Assembly: GCA_964596875.1 (NCBI GenBank)
Contig: CAZQVT010000001.1
Span: 42,514 to 106,513, forward strand
Length of the DNA stretch: 64,000 nt
Origin: an uncultured Candidatus Saccharibacteria bacterium
GTDB taxonomy: Bacteria; Patescibacteriota; Minisyncoccia; Phycocordibacterales; DATDWN01
Direction of reading: 5' to 3'
Position 1 is the first letter of the stretch. Each line of letters opens with the position of its first letter. The notes beneath the pieces were generated by a model, which saw nothing but the letters and a program-made list of their open reading frames with translations, was not told the DNA's origin and searched no databases. Position numbers and translations under genes: made by a program. Shown here in pieces: positions 37,287-46,376 of the stretch.

Positions 37287-39542
37287 ATGTATCTAAAGTC
37301 TATTGAACTAAATGGTTTCAAATCTTTCGCTAAAAAAAGCGAACTATCTTTCAATACAAAAGTTTCTGCGATAGTTGGCCCAAATGGTTCGGGCAAGTCA
37401 AATGTTGCCGAAGCCTTTCGTTTTGTTTTGGGTGAACAGTCTATAAAAAGTTTGCGTGGTAAAAAAGGTGAGGACCTTATTTTTAATGGAGCAGGTGACC
37501 TGCCTAGAGCAAACAGGGCTTCGGTAAAAGTAGTTTTCGACAACTCCACAAAGTTTTTACCTGTGGACTTTGAAACTGTCACAGTAGAACGTGTGGTGCA
37601 CCGGGATTCTGTAAACGAGTACCTCATAAACGGCTCCCAGGTCAGACTAAAAGACGTTGTAGAACTTTTGGCATCTGCACATATTGGCTCTAGTGGTCAC
37701 CATATTATTTCCCAGGGTGAGGCAGACAGAATACTGAACGTTAGTCCAAAAGAAAGAAAAAATATGATAGAGGATGCGCTCGGCCTAAAAATGTATCAGT
37801 ACAAAAAAATAGAAAGTCAGAAGAAACTTTTGAAAACAAAAGAAAATATTGAAAAAGTAGAATCTCTTCGCAGAGAAATAATGCCTCATATAAAGTTTCT
37901 CAAAAAGCAGGTAGAAAAAGTAGAAAAGGCTATTCAAATGAAAGAGGAGTTGCAGAAAGAGGCTTTAGAGTATTGTAAGCGTGAAGACGACTACATAAAG
38001 AAAACAGAACAAAAACTGACTACAGAAAAGACACCTCTAACTCATAAACAAAAAGAGTTGGATGATGAACTTTCTCATGCAAAAAGTATTCTAGAGAATG
38101 CAAAAAACAAAGACGGCCTGTCTGACAGACTTATAACTTTGGAAAAAGACTTGCACAGAGCCAGAGATGAAAAAGACGAACTTTTCAGAAACTTTGGAAG
38201 ACTAGATGGAGAAATAAACTCTCTGGTAAAGATGGTCAGAAAACAAGAAGAAGTCGCTCGTTCCATGGAACACAAAACTGTGACCCTGGTTTCTGTGGAG
38301 GAGCTTTCTGTAAAAATAGAAGACAAAATAAAAAAAGCAAAAGAGACAAATGATGTTGGGGTTCTAAGTAGCGCTCTGGATGAAGTGTTTGGACTACTTA
38401 CTGACTTTATCGACTACAACAAAGACAAAGTTGAAAACACCCTTATTGCAGACGTGCAAAAAGATATAGAGCATCTACAAGTTTCTAAAAAAGAACTAGA
38501 AGTAAAACTAGAGAAGGTAAACAACGAAGAAAAAGAACTTTCTGCAGAGTACAGTAAACTTAAAAACGAAATAGAAAAAGAGAAAGATTCAAACCGAGAT
38601 GCGGAAAAGGCCGTGTTTAGAATCATGGCAGAGTCTGGCGAGATACGTTCAAAACTTCATGACATTGCTTTGCACGAGGAAAACCTGAAACTAGTGAAGG
38701 AGGATTTTAAAAGAGAACTTACGGAACTTGGGGTTCTTTTGGGCACACATGTTTTGCAGTTTGGAAACGTAGAGATAGAGAACCTAGACGAAGACAGACA
38801 TTTGCAGGAAGAAAGAAGAAAAAGAATAGAAAAAATAAAAATACGACTAGAGGACTCTGGAGGAGTGCTTGGTACAGAGATACTAAAAGAATACACAGAT
38901 GCCACAGAGCGTGATGCATTTTTGGAAAAAGAACTAGCAGATCTAGAAAACTCGGCTACATCTCTGGGAGTACTCATAAGTGACTTGGATGTAAAACTTG
39001 GTACAGAGTTTAAAAATGGTGTAGAAAAAATCAACAACCAGTTCAAGGAATACTTTGCGATGATGTTTGGTGGAGGTGAAGCAAAACTAGAAGTAGCGGT
39101 TCCAGTAAAAAAGAAAAAAGATACAGATATTGTTTTGGAAGATAGTGAAGGCGAAGAGAATTATGAAGCAGAGGAAACAGAAAGTAGTGAGGGTATAGAC
39201 ATAGAAGTTTCTTTGCCAAAGAAAAAAGTTCGAGGACTTATGATGCTTTCTGGTGGTGAAAGAGCACTGACTTCTATTGCACTTTTGTTTGCTATTTCTC
39301 AGGTAAACCCACCACCGTTTATTATTCTAGACGAAACAGACGCAGCGCTGGATGAAGCAAACTCTAAAAAGTATGCAGATATGATAGAGAATCTTTCGAA
39401 GTATTCTCAGCTTATTGTGATAACTCATAACAGAGAAACAATGTCGCGTGCAGGAATACTTTACGGAGTGACTATGGGTGCGGGCGGGGGGTCAAAACTA
39501 CTTAGTGTTGCCTTTGAGGATGCCGTTGCCGTAGCAAAGTAA
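37287..39542 (+). CDS. smc: chromosome partition protein SMC (short form, ~751 aa)
   Basis: MYLKSIELNGFKSFAKK...GPNGSGKSN Walker A, long coiled coils, C-terminal LSGGERALTSIALLFAI signature + Walker B ILDETDAALD. Confidence 0.8.
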   Translation: MYLKSIELNGFKSFAKKSELSFNTKVSAIVGPNGSGKSNVAEAFRFVLGEQSIKSLRGKKGEDLIFNGAGDLPRANRASVKVVFDNSTKFLPVDFETVTVERVVHRDSVNEYLINGSQVRLKDVVELLASAHIGSSGHHIISQGEADRILNVSPKERKNMIEDALGLKMYQYKKIESQKKLLKTKENIEKVESLRREIMPHIKFLKKQVEKVEKAIQMKEELQKEALEYCKREDDYIKKTEQKLTTEKTPLTHKQKELDDELSHAKSILENAKNKDGLSDRLITLEKDLHRARDEKDELFRNFGRLDGEINSLVKMVRKQEEVARSMEHKTVTLVSVEELSVKIEDKIKKAKETNDVGVLSSALDEVFGLLTDFIDYNKDKVENTLIADVQKDIEHLQVSKKELEVKLEKVNNEEKELSAEYSKLKNEIEKEKDSNRDAEKAVFRIMAESGEIRSKLHDIALHEENLKLVKEDFKRELTELGVLLGTHVLQFGNVEIENLDEDRHLQEERRKRIEKIKIRLEDSGGVLGTEILKEYTDATERDAFLEKELADLENSATSLGVLISDLDVKLGTEFKNGVEKINNQFKEYFAMMFGGGEAKLEVAVPVKKKKDTDIVLEDSEGEENYEAEETESSEGIDIEVSLPKKKVRGLMMLSGGERALTSIALLFAISQVNPPPFIILDETDAALDEANSKKYADMIENLSKYSQLIVITHNRETMSRAGILYGVTMGAGGGSKLLSVAFEDAVAVAK

Positions 39543-39561
39543 AAAGTTTTATAATTTTGAG

Positions 39562-39598
39562 TTGCAAAAAGGGCGGTCGCTGTTGCGCCGCCCTTCTG
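39562..39598 (-). terminator. rho-independent terminator (minus strand) for island gene 39619..39864
   Basis: rc GAAGGGCGGCGCAACAGCGACCGCCCTTTTTGCAAC. Confidence 0.6.
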
Positions 39599-39618
39599 GC
39601 TGTGTGAGCTCGCCACGT

Positions 39619-39864
39619 TCAGTGGGCGAGTGACAGTCGGAAGATCCGAACGGGGAAGAGCATCGGCTCGGTGTCACTTCTCATGACTGCCGGGCCGAAG
39701 GGTGTTCTTGAGATGACGACGCTATCGCCACACTGATCTCGCACGACTGCGCGTACGAACAGGCATCTGTCCGCCCCACAGACGATCTCGACCGCTCCGA
39801 AGGGGTGAATCTGATTGACTACATCCCCCGGTGACAGTGTTACCGCTCCTTCGGGCATGCTCAC
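39619..39864 (-). CDS. hypothetical protein, high-GC island gene (81 aa; GTG start)
   Basis: TTGGAGGcccaatGTG RBS; GC3-rich; TTGCAA-17-TGcATAAT promoter at 39870-39905 (minus). Confidence 0.4.
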   Translation of the reverse strand: MSMPEGAVTLSPGDVVNQIHPFGAVEIVCGADRCLFVRAVVRDQCGDSVVISRTPFGPAVMRSDTEPMLFPVRIFRLSLAH

Positions 39865-39916
39865 ATTGGGCCTCCAACGAAGTATTATGCAATAGTATCA
39901 AATATATTGCAAGTAA

Positions 39917-41854
39917 CTATTTATCTTCAGAAACTATCGCGTAATCCAGAACTCTCTTTTCCATGTCTGCACCAACAACTTTGAATTTTATTTTGTCACC
40001 GAGTGTAAACTTCTTGCCAGTCTTTTCGCCTTTTATTGTGTAGTTCTTTTCATCTAGAGTATAGAAGTCGTCACCTAGGTCTCGGATTTTTATCATTCCT
40101 TCACATTTTGTATCTACTTCTTCTATATATATGCCCCACTCGACAACACCTGTTATAGAACCTTCAAACTCTTCGCCTATGTGGTTTAGCATGTACTCAA
40201 CTTGTTTGTATTTTATACTTGCTCTTTCTGCTTCGGATGCTTTTTTCTCCAGTTCAGAAGATGCCAAACAGATTCTTTCAAACTTTGTGTATTCATCTAC
40301 TTCTATTTTTCCACCCTTTAGTTCTCGTTCTAGAAAACGGTGTACCAAAACATCTGGGTATCTACGGATAGGGGAAGTAAAGTGTGTGTAGTAAGCAAAT
40401 GCTAGTGAAAAGTGCCCAATATTTTTTGTAGAGTATGTTGCTTTTGCCATACTTCGGATAACCGCTGTGTTTATGAGTTCCTCGTTTGGAGTTCCTTTTA
40501 CTTCTGCCAAAAGTTTATTTAGGTCACGAGAAGTTACTGCACCTTCGTTGTTGTTTAGTTCAAAACCCATCGCTTTTAGAAATATTGCTAGGTTTTGTAT
40601 GCGGTCTTTGTCTGGAGTAGGGTGGATACGATACACAGACTGTGAACCTTTTTTCTTTATGTCCTGAGTTTGTGACATGAAAATATGTTTTGCTACAGCA
40701 CGGTTTGCAAGCAGCATGTATTCCTCTACGAGCTTGTGTGTATCAAGTCTGCTTTTCTTGTAAACACTTATTGGTTTACCTTTTTCATCCAAAACAAACT
40801 TTACTTCTTCGGTTTCAAAAACCATTGCGCCGTTTGCAGTTTTCTTCTTTTCAAGTTTTTTTGCAATTTCGTTTAGTTTGCGAAGTTCAGGCTGGTATGG
40901 TCCGTCCTGTTTTCCAAGTATCACATCGTTTGCGTCTTCGTATGTAAATCTTTTGTTGCTGTGTATCACAGTTCTACCAAACCACTCTTCTAGAACTTCT
41001 CCACTTCCATTTAGTTTAAACACTGCAGAGAAAGTAAACTTGTCTTCGTTCGGGTTTAGGGAACATAGGTCATTTGAAAGTATTTCAGGAAGCATTGGAA
41101 TAGTTCGGTCTACGAGGTAAACAGAGAGTCCTCTTTTTTCTGACTCTCGGTCTAGTTCTGTTCCTGGTGTTACAAAGTGCGACACATCCGCGATGTGAAC
41201 GCCTATCTCGAAAGTATCGTTTCCAAGGTCTACAAAAGATATAGCATCGTCAAAGTCTTTGGCATCAAAAGGGTCGATAGTCATGGTAGTGACGTCTCGC
41301 ATGTCCCGTCTGTTTTTTATCTCATCCTCAAATCCGTTTTTGTATTCTCGCTTTATTTTCTCTGCTTCTTGTTCAACAGCAGGAGGGAACTCGATTCTAA
41401 AACCTTTTTCCAAAACGATTGCTTCCATTTCGGTATTGTTTTCACCTTTTTGACCGATAATTTTCAAAACTTCTCCGGTAAGTGTGTCCCAGTCTACTAT
41501 TTTTACGAGAACTTTTTCGTTGTCATCTACTTTTGTAGTTTCTGGTAGGAAAATATCTACATATAGTCTTTGGTCGTCAGGCATTACAAAAGTCTTGCCG
41601 TCTTTTCTTTTTACGACACCAACAAACTCTTCTTTTGCGCGTTGTATAACTTTTACAACCTTACCTTGAACACGATTTTTGATTTTCTCACCAGTTAGTT
41701 CTATTTCTACCGTGTCGCCGTGCAGTGCTCGGTTCACATCTTTTGGTTGGATTTCAATATTGTTCTCGCGGTTCTTTTCTTCTGGGTTAGGATCGAAAAA
41801 ACCAACACCTTTTGTGTTTATGCTGATCGGTCCTATTAAGGAGTCCTTTTTCAT
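39917..41854 (-). CDS. rnr: ribonuclease R (RNB family 3'-5' exoribonuclease with C-terminal S1 domain)
   Basis: RRDMRDVTTMTIDPFDAKDFDDAISF RNB motif, N-terminal cold-shock/OB domains, C-terminal S1; 645 aa. Confidence 0.8.
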   Translation of the reverse strand: MKKDSLIGPISINTKGVGFFDPNPEEKNRENNIEIQPKDVNRALHGDTVEIELTGEKIKNRVQGKVVKVIQRAKEEFVGVVKRKDGKTFVMPDDQRLYVDIFLPETTKVDDNEKVLVKIVDWDTLTGEVLKIIGQKGENNTEMEAIVLEKGFRIEFPPAVEQEAEKIKREYKNGFEDEIKNRRDMRDVTTMTIDPFDAKDFDDAISFVDLGNDTFEIGVHIADVSHFVTPGTELDRESEKRGLSVYLVDRTIPMLPEILSNDLCSLNPNEDKFTFSAVFKLNGSGEVLEEWFGRTVIHSNKRFTYEDANDVILGKQDGPYQPELRKLNEIAKKLEKKKTANGAMVFETEEVKFVLDEKGKPISVYKKSRLDTHKLVEEYMLLANRAVAKHIFMSQTQDIKKKGSQSVYRIHPTPDKDRIQNLAIFLKAMGFELNNNEGAVTSRDLNKLLAEVKGTPNEELINTAVIRSMAKATYSTKNIGHFSLAFAYYTHFTSPIRRYPDVLVHRFLERELKGGKIEVDEYTKFERICLASSELEKKASEAERASIKYKQVEYMLNHIGEEFEGSITGVVEWGIYIEEVDTKCEGMIKIRDLGDDFYTLDEKNYTIKGEKTGKKFTLGDKIKFKVVGADMEKRVLDYAIVSEDK

Positions 41855-41922
41855 AAGTAGCCATATACTAGCAAATCCTTTTGTATTTGACCATTTTGAC
41901 CTATTCTGTTAGTATATAGCCC

Positions 41923-42315
41923 ATGTTAAAAATACGATTACAACGAGTAGGAAGAAAGCACGAACCATCATTTCGTCTAGTTCTTACTGACTCAAAAAAC
42001 TCAACAAAAAGTGGTAGATACCTAGAAACACTAGGAAACTATGATGCAAGAAGAGGCGAGAAGTCAGAATTCAAAAATGACAGAATCACTTACTGGGTTT
42101 CAAAGGGAGCACAACTTTCAGGAACAGTTCACAACTTACTAATAGACAAAAAAGTAGTTTCAGGAAAGAAAATAAACGTTCTTCCTCTTAAAAAGGCAAT
42201 CGTAAAAGACGCCCCAGCAGAAGCACCAGTAGCAGAGGCCCCAGCACCTGCGGCAGAAGTAGTAGCAGAAGCACCAGCTGAAGCTCCAGCAGTCGAAGAA
42301 ACTCCAGCACAATAG
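41923..42315 (+). CDS. rpsP: 30S ribosomal protein S16 with Ala/Pro/Glu-rich C-terminal extension
   Basis: MLKIRLQRVGRKHEPSFRLVLTDS classic bS16. Confidence 0.8.
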   Translation: MLKIRLQRVGRKHEPSFRLVLTDSKNSTKSGRYLETLGNYDARRGEKSEFKNDRITYWVSKGAQLSGTVHNLLIDKKVVSGKKINVLPLKKAIVKDAPAEAPVAEAPAPAAEVVAEAPAEAPAVEETPAQ

Positions 42316-42404
42316 TCATTTTGGTCTAACAACTTGTTTGACCGACCTCTATATAGATTATAGAATTATTACTGTAGGACTTTAAAATTAACTGAATTGA
42401 ACAT

Positions 42405-42722
42405 ATGGAAACTGACGTAAAATTTTTGGAATTTGTAGTAAAAGCGCTAGTTGAAAAGCCAGAAGACGTAAAGATAAATAGAACAGTAGACGAAATGGGA
42501 GTTCTCATGACTCTAGATGTAAACAAGGACGATATGGGTAAAATCATCGGCCGAGAGGGAAACACAGCAAAGGCCATCAGAACACTTTTGCGAGTAGTAG
42601 GAATGAAAAACAACGCTCGAGTAAACCTAAAGATAAACGAGCCAGCAGATATGATGGGGGAGGCGAAAAGTACGAGTTCATCTAAATCTCTAGACGAGGC
42701 GATGAACGATCTAAACCTTTAA
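42405..42722 (+). CDS. KH-domain RNA-binding protein (KhpA/YlqC-like)
   Basis: KIIGREGNTAKAIRTLLRVVG KH GxxG-type motif; follows rpsP as in many bacteria. Confidence 0.7.
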   Translation: METDVKFLEFVVKALVEKPEDVKINRTVDEMGVLMTLDVNKDDMGKIIGREGNTAKAIRTLLRVVGMKNNARVNLKINEPADMMGEAKSTSSSKSLDEAMNDLNL

Positions 42723-42758
42723 TTTAAGCGAACTCCTTTGTTAAAACAAAAAAATACT

Positions 42759-42800
42759 TCTCACCTTACTAGTATGTAAGGCTCGAAGTATTTTTTTTGT
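42759..42800 (+). repeat. R4 hairpin module CTCACCTTACtagtaTGTAAGGCTCGAAGTATTTTTTTT
   Basis: same module as 25286..25320 with conserved flanking boxes. Confidence 0.5.
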
Positions 42801-42878
42801 TTTGCCTCGGATTTCATCTTAAATAAAAGGTTTAGATTTACATTTTACTAAATAGTATTTTTATGTTATAAAAATGCT

Positions 42879-43529
42879 ATGAATTTCCATATAATCAGTT
42901 TGTTCCCAAACGCCTTTGACTCATACCTAAATGAGTCTATTATTTCGCGGGCGATAGAAGACAAGAAAATAAAAGTTTCATTCTATAACCCTAGGGACTT
43001 TTCTGACGACAAATGGAAAAGAGTAGACCAGAAACCATACAGTGGAGGACCAGGCATGGTTATCCAAGCATTGCCAACTATAAAAGCGATAGCAAAATCT
43101 ATTTCTAAAATAAAAAATAAAAAAGCGAAAATAAAAATCGTTTGGTTTACTCCTGGAGGAAAACAGTTCGATACCGCGTATGCAAAAAAGGTTTCTAAAA
43201 CATATACAGATATTATTTTTGTGTGTGGTAGATACGAGGGGATAGATAGTCGAGTGAAAAAAGTTTTTAAGGTGGATGAAGTTTCTGTTGGCCCTTTTGT
43301 TTTAACTGGTGGGGAGTTGCCGGCTATGATTATGCTCGACTGCGTTGCGCGACAAGTGAAGGGGGTATTGGGGAACTTTGATTCGCTAGAAGAGTCTAGG
43401 GTATCGAGCCATGATGTGTATACTCGTCCAGAAGTTTTTGAATACAAAAATAAAAAATACAAAGTACCACGTGTGTTACTTTCAGGTAATCACGCTGAAA
43501 TTGAAAAGTGGAAGAAGAGTAGATCATAA
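42879..43529 (+). CDS. trmD: tRNA (guanine37-N1)-methyltransferase
   Basis: MNFHIISLFPNAFDSYLNESIISRA, SPOUT knot motifs; 216 aa. Confidence 0.85.
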   Translation: MNFHIISLFPNAFDSYLNESIISRAIEDKKIKVSFYNPRDFSDDKWKRVDQKPYSGGPGMVIQALPTIKAIAKSISKIKNKKAKIKIVWFTPGGKQFDTAYAKKVSKTYTDIIFVCGRYEGIDSRVKKVFKVDEVSVGPFVLTGGELPAMIMLDCVARQVKGVLGNFDSLEESRVSSHDVYTRPEVFEYKNKKYKVPRVLLSGNHAEIEKWKKSRS

Positions 43530-43549
43530 AAAGTTTTGTTTTCCGGTGA

Positions 43550-43639
43550 GAAGTGATGTTATCACTTCGCAAGACCTTGCCAAATTTTTCTAGAACGAAG
43601 TGATTAGAAAAATAGACAAGGTGTACTGTTCCTGTAAGG
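43550..43639 (+). repeat. repeat family R2/R3 copy c: GAAGTGATgttaTCACTTC-GCAAGACCTT ... AAGGTGTACTGTTCCTGTAAGG
   Basis: shared modules with copies a,b,d,e. Confidence 0.6.
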
Positions 43640-43732
43640 AAATCATAAAAAAATAGAGGAGTGGAAACTAGGTAAAGGCAAAAAATAACTCCTACAGAAA
43701 AACCCGCGAGTGCGACAGAGTTTCTCTGCCGC

Positions 43733-43912
43733 CTACGCGGGCTGGAGCTCGTTGACCTTTCTGGTCTTGAGCCGTGCTTTTGCTTGTTTTCTTTTGACCT
43801 CACTCATCATCCTTTCTTGCTGTATCTCTGCGATGATTGCGTCGAGTCTGCCGAGCATTCGTGCTCCCCAGAGTCTTTCGCGGATGATCTGCTCTTTTGC
43901 TTGTCGAGTCAT
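43733..43912 (-). CDS. small highly basic coiled-coil protein, high-GC island gene (59 aa; below ORF-track threshold)
   Basis: AAGGAGGccatATG RBS, TTGACA-17-TATATT promoter 43925-43960 (minus), hairpin terminator 43700-43735; MTRQAKEQIIRERLWGARMLGRLDAIIAEIQQERMMSEVKRKQAKARLKTRKVNELQPA. Confidence 0.45.
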   Translation of the reverse strand: MTRQAKEQIIRERLWGARMLGRLDAIIAEIQQERMMSEVKRKQAKARLKTRKVNELQPA

Positions 43913-44037
43913 ATGGCCTCCTTATCCACCTGCAATTAATATACAGTAAATACTGTATATTGTCAAATTTGAGAAAGGCCGCGCTCCTCTCGGTTCGCGG
44001 CCTTGTTCGGGTGGGGGACTTTCTCGTCCCCGCCGGT

Positions 44038-44421
44038 TTACTTCTTTCGCTTCTTCCTCGCTTTCTGCTTGCGCGCACTTCCGATAGTAGTGCTGCTACC
44101 CAGCCACCGTTTGGGACTGAGTTTGGCGAGTTCCATCACGCACATGAAGGCGTAGATGGTGACATCGCCCACATGCTTGAACGAGTCGAGGTCCCAACAC
44201 TTGACCGCCTTGGCCATCGCCCCGACTGTCTTGTACTGGGAGTAGTGTCTCTTCACCACCTTGTTCAGGCGGGTGACGGCGGAGGTGTGTCCGCACTCGA
44301 GCTTCTGGTTCACCTGCCGGCGAGTCAGTTTGAACTCTCCGATGGTTAGAACCACCGCGTTCTGTCTGTCGGCGTAGGCCTTGCTTACCGGATGTCTGAA
44401 ACCCTCACTCTTCCTCGGCAT
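44038..44421 (-). CDS. hypothetical basic protein with KKRKK C-terminus, high-GC island gene (127 aa)
   Basis: CGGAGGGcatcaacgaATG RBS; consensus promoter TTGACA-aatatgttgtatgtgc-TATAAT at 44430-44480 (minus); GC3-rich. Confidence 0.45.
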   Translation of the reverse strand: MPRKSEGFRHPVSKAYADRQNAVVLTIGEFKLTRRQVNQKLECGHTSAVTRLNKVVKRHYSQYKTVGAMAKAVKCWDLDSFKHVGDVTIYAFMCVMELAKLSPKRWLGSSTTIGSARKQKARKKRKK

Positions 44422-44524
44422 TCGTTGATGCCCTCCGATTAGTATTATAGCACATACAACATATTTGTCAAGTATAAAATATAACAAATTGTTTTGAATT
44501 TTTTATATCTGTTACAATGTTTCA

Positions 44525-46219
44525 ATGCTTCAGTCACAGGCTTTAGATATATTAAAAATGGGTAAAAATGTTTTTCTAACTGGCCCTGCCGGTTCAGGAA
44601 AAACTTTTGTTATAAACGAGTATGTAAAATATTTGCGTGAACACGCTGTGGATGTTGCCGTGACTGCATCTACTGGTATCGCTGCCACACATATCGGTGG
44701 TATGACTATACACTCGTGGTCTGGTCTTGGAATACGCGACACTTTGACTGACTATGACATAGACGACCTCATGGAGCGACAATATTTGTATAAAAGATTT
44801 AACAAGACAAAAGTTTTGATTATTGACGAGGTTTCAATGCTACACAACTTTCGTTTAGACCTTATTGAGTGGATCTGTCGACAGATGAAGCATAGCGAAA
44901 AACCTTTTGGTGGTATGCAGATTATTTTGTGTGGAGATTTTTTTCAGTTGCCACCAGTAACTCGTAGTGGAAACGTAAGATTTACAGACGAACCTTTTGG
45001 ACAAACAGTAGAGTCTGAGTTTGCATACAAGTCACAGAGTTTTCTTTCATCGCAGTTTGTTGTTTGTTATCTAGAGGAACAGCACAGACAAAAAGACAAT
45101 ACATATTTGGGTATCCTAAACCAGATTCGTGAAAACAGAGTTTCGTCTCGAACAATGGAACTTTTGAAATCTAGAATAAACGTCGCAACCGATGTTTCTG
45201 GAAACGCGACTAGGCTCTATACCCACAATATAGATGTAGATGCTGTAAACAAAAAACATCTAGATCTAATTTCTGCAACATCAAAAAAGTTTTATATGAA
45301 AAGTCATGGCTCTGGAGGTTTGGCAGAAACTTTGAAAAAAAGTTGTCTGTCGCCAGAAGAGTTGGAACTAAAAGTCGGCGCGAAAGTAATGTTTACAAAA
45401 AACCATCCCGAAGGTTTGTATGTAAATGGAACTTTGGGTGTTGTAAAAGAGTTCAACTCTTTTGGTGAGCCTGTAGTGGTTACGACAGGTGGTATGGAAA
45501 TATCTGTGGTTGAACAGTCTTGGAAAATAGAAGAAGAAGGAAAAGTAAAAGCAGAAATCTCCCAGTATCCTTTGCGTTTGGCGTGGGCGATAACAGTTCA
45601 CAAAAGTCAGGGAATGTCACTCGACAGTATGGAAGTAGATCTTTCAAAATCTTTTGTAAAAGGTATGGGCTATGTGGCATTGTCTCGTGTTCGTTCACTA
45701 GAAGGCATGAAACTTTTAGGTTTCAACGAAATGTCGCTTTTGGTAGACCCTGAAGTTTTGGATATGGATAAAAAGTTCAGAGACCTTTCGGTAGACGCTG
45801 TAAACGACTTGAAAGATTTAAGTAAAAAACAAATAGTGGAAGCACAGAGTGCGTGGCTTAAAAAAATCGAACCAGAAGAAAAAGTAAAAATAAAAAAGAA
45901 AGAAAAAGAACTGAAAAAAAGTACTCACGAGATAACTTTAGAAATGCTAGAAAATGAAACTCCTTTGTCGCAGATAGCAAAAGCTCGTGGTGTAAAGGAG
46001 GAAACCATAGTTTCACATATAGAAGACTTGAAGGCAGAAAACAAATGTCCAGATGTGAACTATCTAAAAAGGGAACTAAAGCGTGGGGAACTAGACGACA
46101 TTTTGGATGCTTTTCATGACTGCAACACAACTACTCTTGCTCCCGTTTACAACTACCTAATTCGCAAAAAGAAGAAGCCGAATTATCTAAAGATACGTAT
46201 AGCCCGCCTATTCCTGTAA
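44525..46219 (+). CDS. PIF1/RecD-family ATP-dependent DNA helicase with C-terminal HTH-like domain
   Basis: GKNVFLTGPAGSGKTF Walker A, IIDEVSMLH Walker B, ITVHKSQGMSLD motif typical of PIF1/RecD2 helicases; 564 aa. Confidence 0.75.
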   Translation: MLQSQALDILKMGKNVFLTGPAGSGKTFVINEYVKYLREHAVDVAVTASTGIAATHIGGMTIHSWSGLGIRDTLTDYDIDDLMERQYLYKRFNKTKVLIIDEVSMLHNFRLDLIEWICRQMKHSEKPFGGMQIILCGDFFQLPPVTRSGNVRFTDEPFGQTVESEFAYKSQSFLSSQFVVCYLEEQHRQKDNTYLGILNQIRENRVSSRTMELLKSRINVATDVSGNATRLYTHNIDVDAVNKKHLDLISATSKKFYMKSHGSGGLAETLKKSCLSPEELELKVGAKVMFTKNHPEGLYVNGTLGVVKEFNSFGEPVVVTTGGMEISVVEQSWKIEEEGKVKAEISQYPLRLAWAITVHKSQGMSLDSMEVDLSKSFVKGMGYVALSRVRSLEGMKLLGFNEMSLLVDPEVLDMDKKFRDLSVDAVNDLKDLSKKQIVEAQSAWLKKIEPEEKVKIKKKEKELKKSTHEITLEMLENETPLSQIAKARGVKEETIVSHIEDLKAENKCPDVNYLKRELKRGELDDILDAFHDCNTTTLAPVYNYLIRKKKKPNYLKIRIARLFL

Positions 46220-46265
46220 AAACTCCAAATTTGGCTAATCTCATCGTCTAAATTTTACAAATCTT

Positions 46266-46292
46266 CCTCACCTTACTATCTGTAAGGCTTGT
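46266..46292 (+). repeat. R4 hairpin module CCTCACCTTACtatcTGTAAGGCTTG downstream of helicase
   Basis: CCTTAC/GTAAGG inverted repeat; downstream ATACGCGACCTT box also at 34885. Confidence 0.5.
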
Positions 46293-46376
46293 CATATTTG
46301 TAAAATTTATACGCGACCTTATCTCAAATTTTTAGTTTTTTAAGAACGATATTCGATAGTGTGGTAAAATTGTATT

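Noticed and set aside
43936-43953. Palindrome ATACAGTAaaTACTGTAT as an E. coli-type LexA/SOS box
   Set aside because: Half-sites are in the opposite order to CTGT-N8-ACAG. The ATACAGTATTTA segment is part of the general promoter-spacer consensus also seen upstream of rplY. The genuine LexA operator in this genome is the Cheo-type GAACTATAGTTC at 57267-57278.
925-46320. R4 hairpins (CCTTAC...GTAAGGC) as integron attC sites with the high-GC ORFs as gene cassettes
   Set aside because: R4 copies follow housekeeping genes, not the high-GC ORFs. Island genes carry their own promoters, and no IntI integrase or attI is present in the window.
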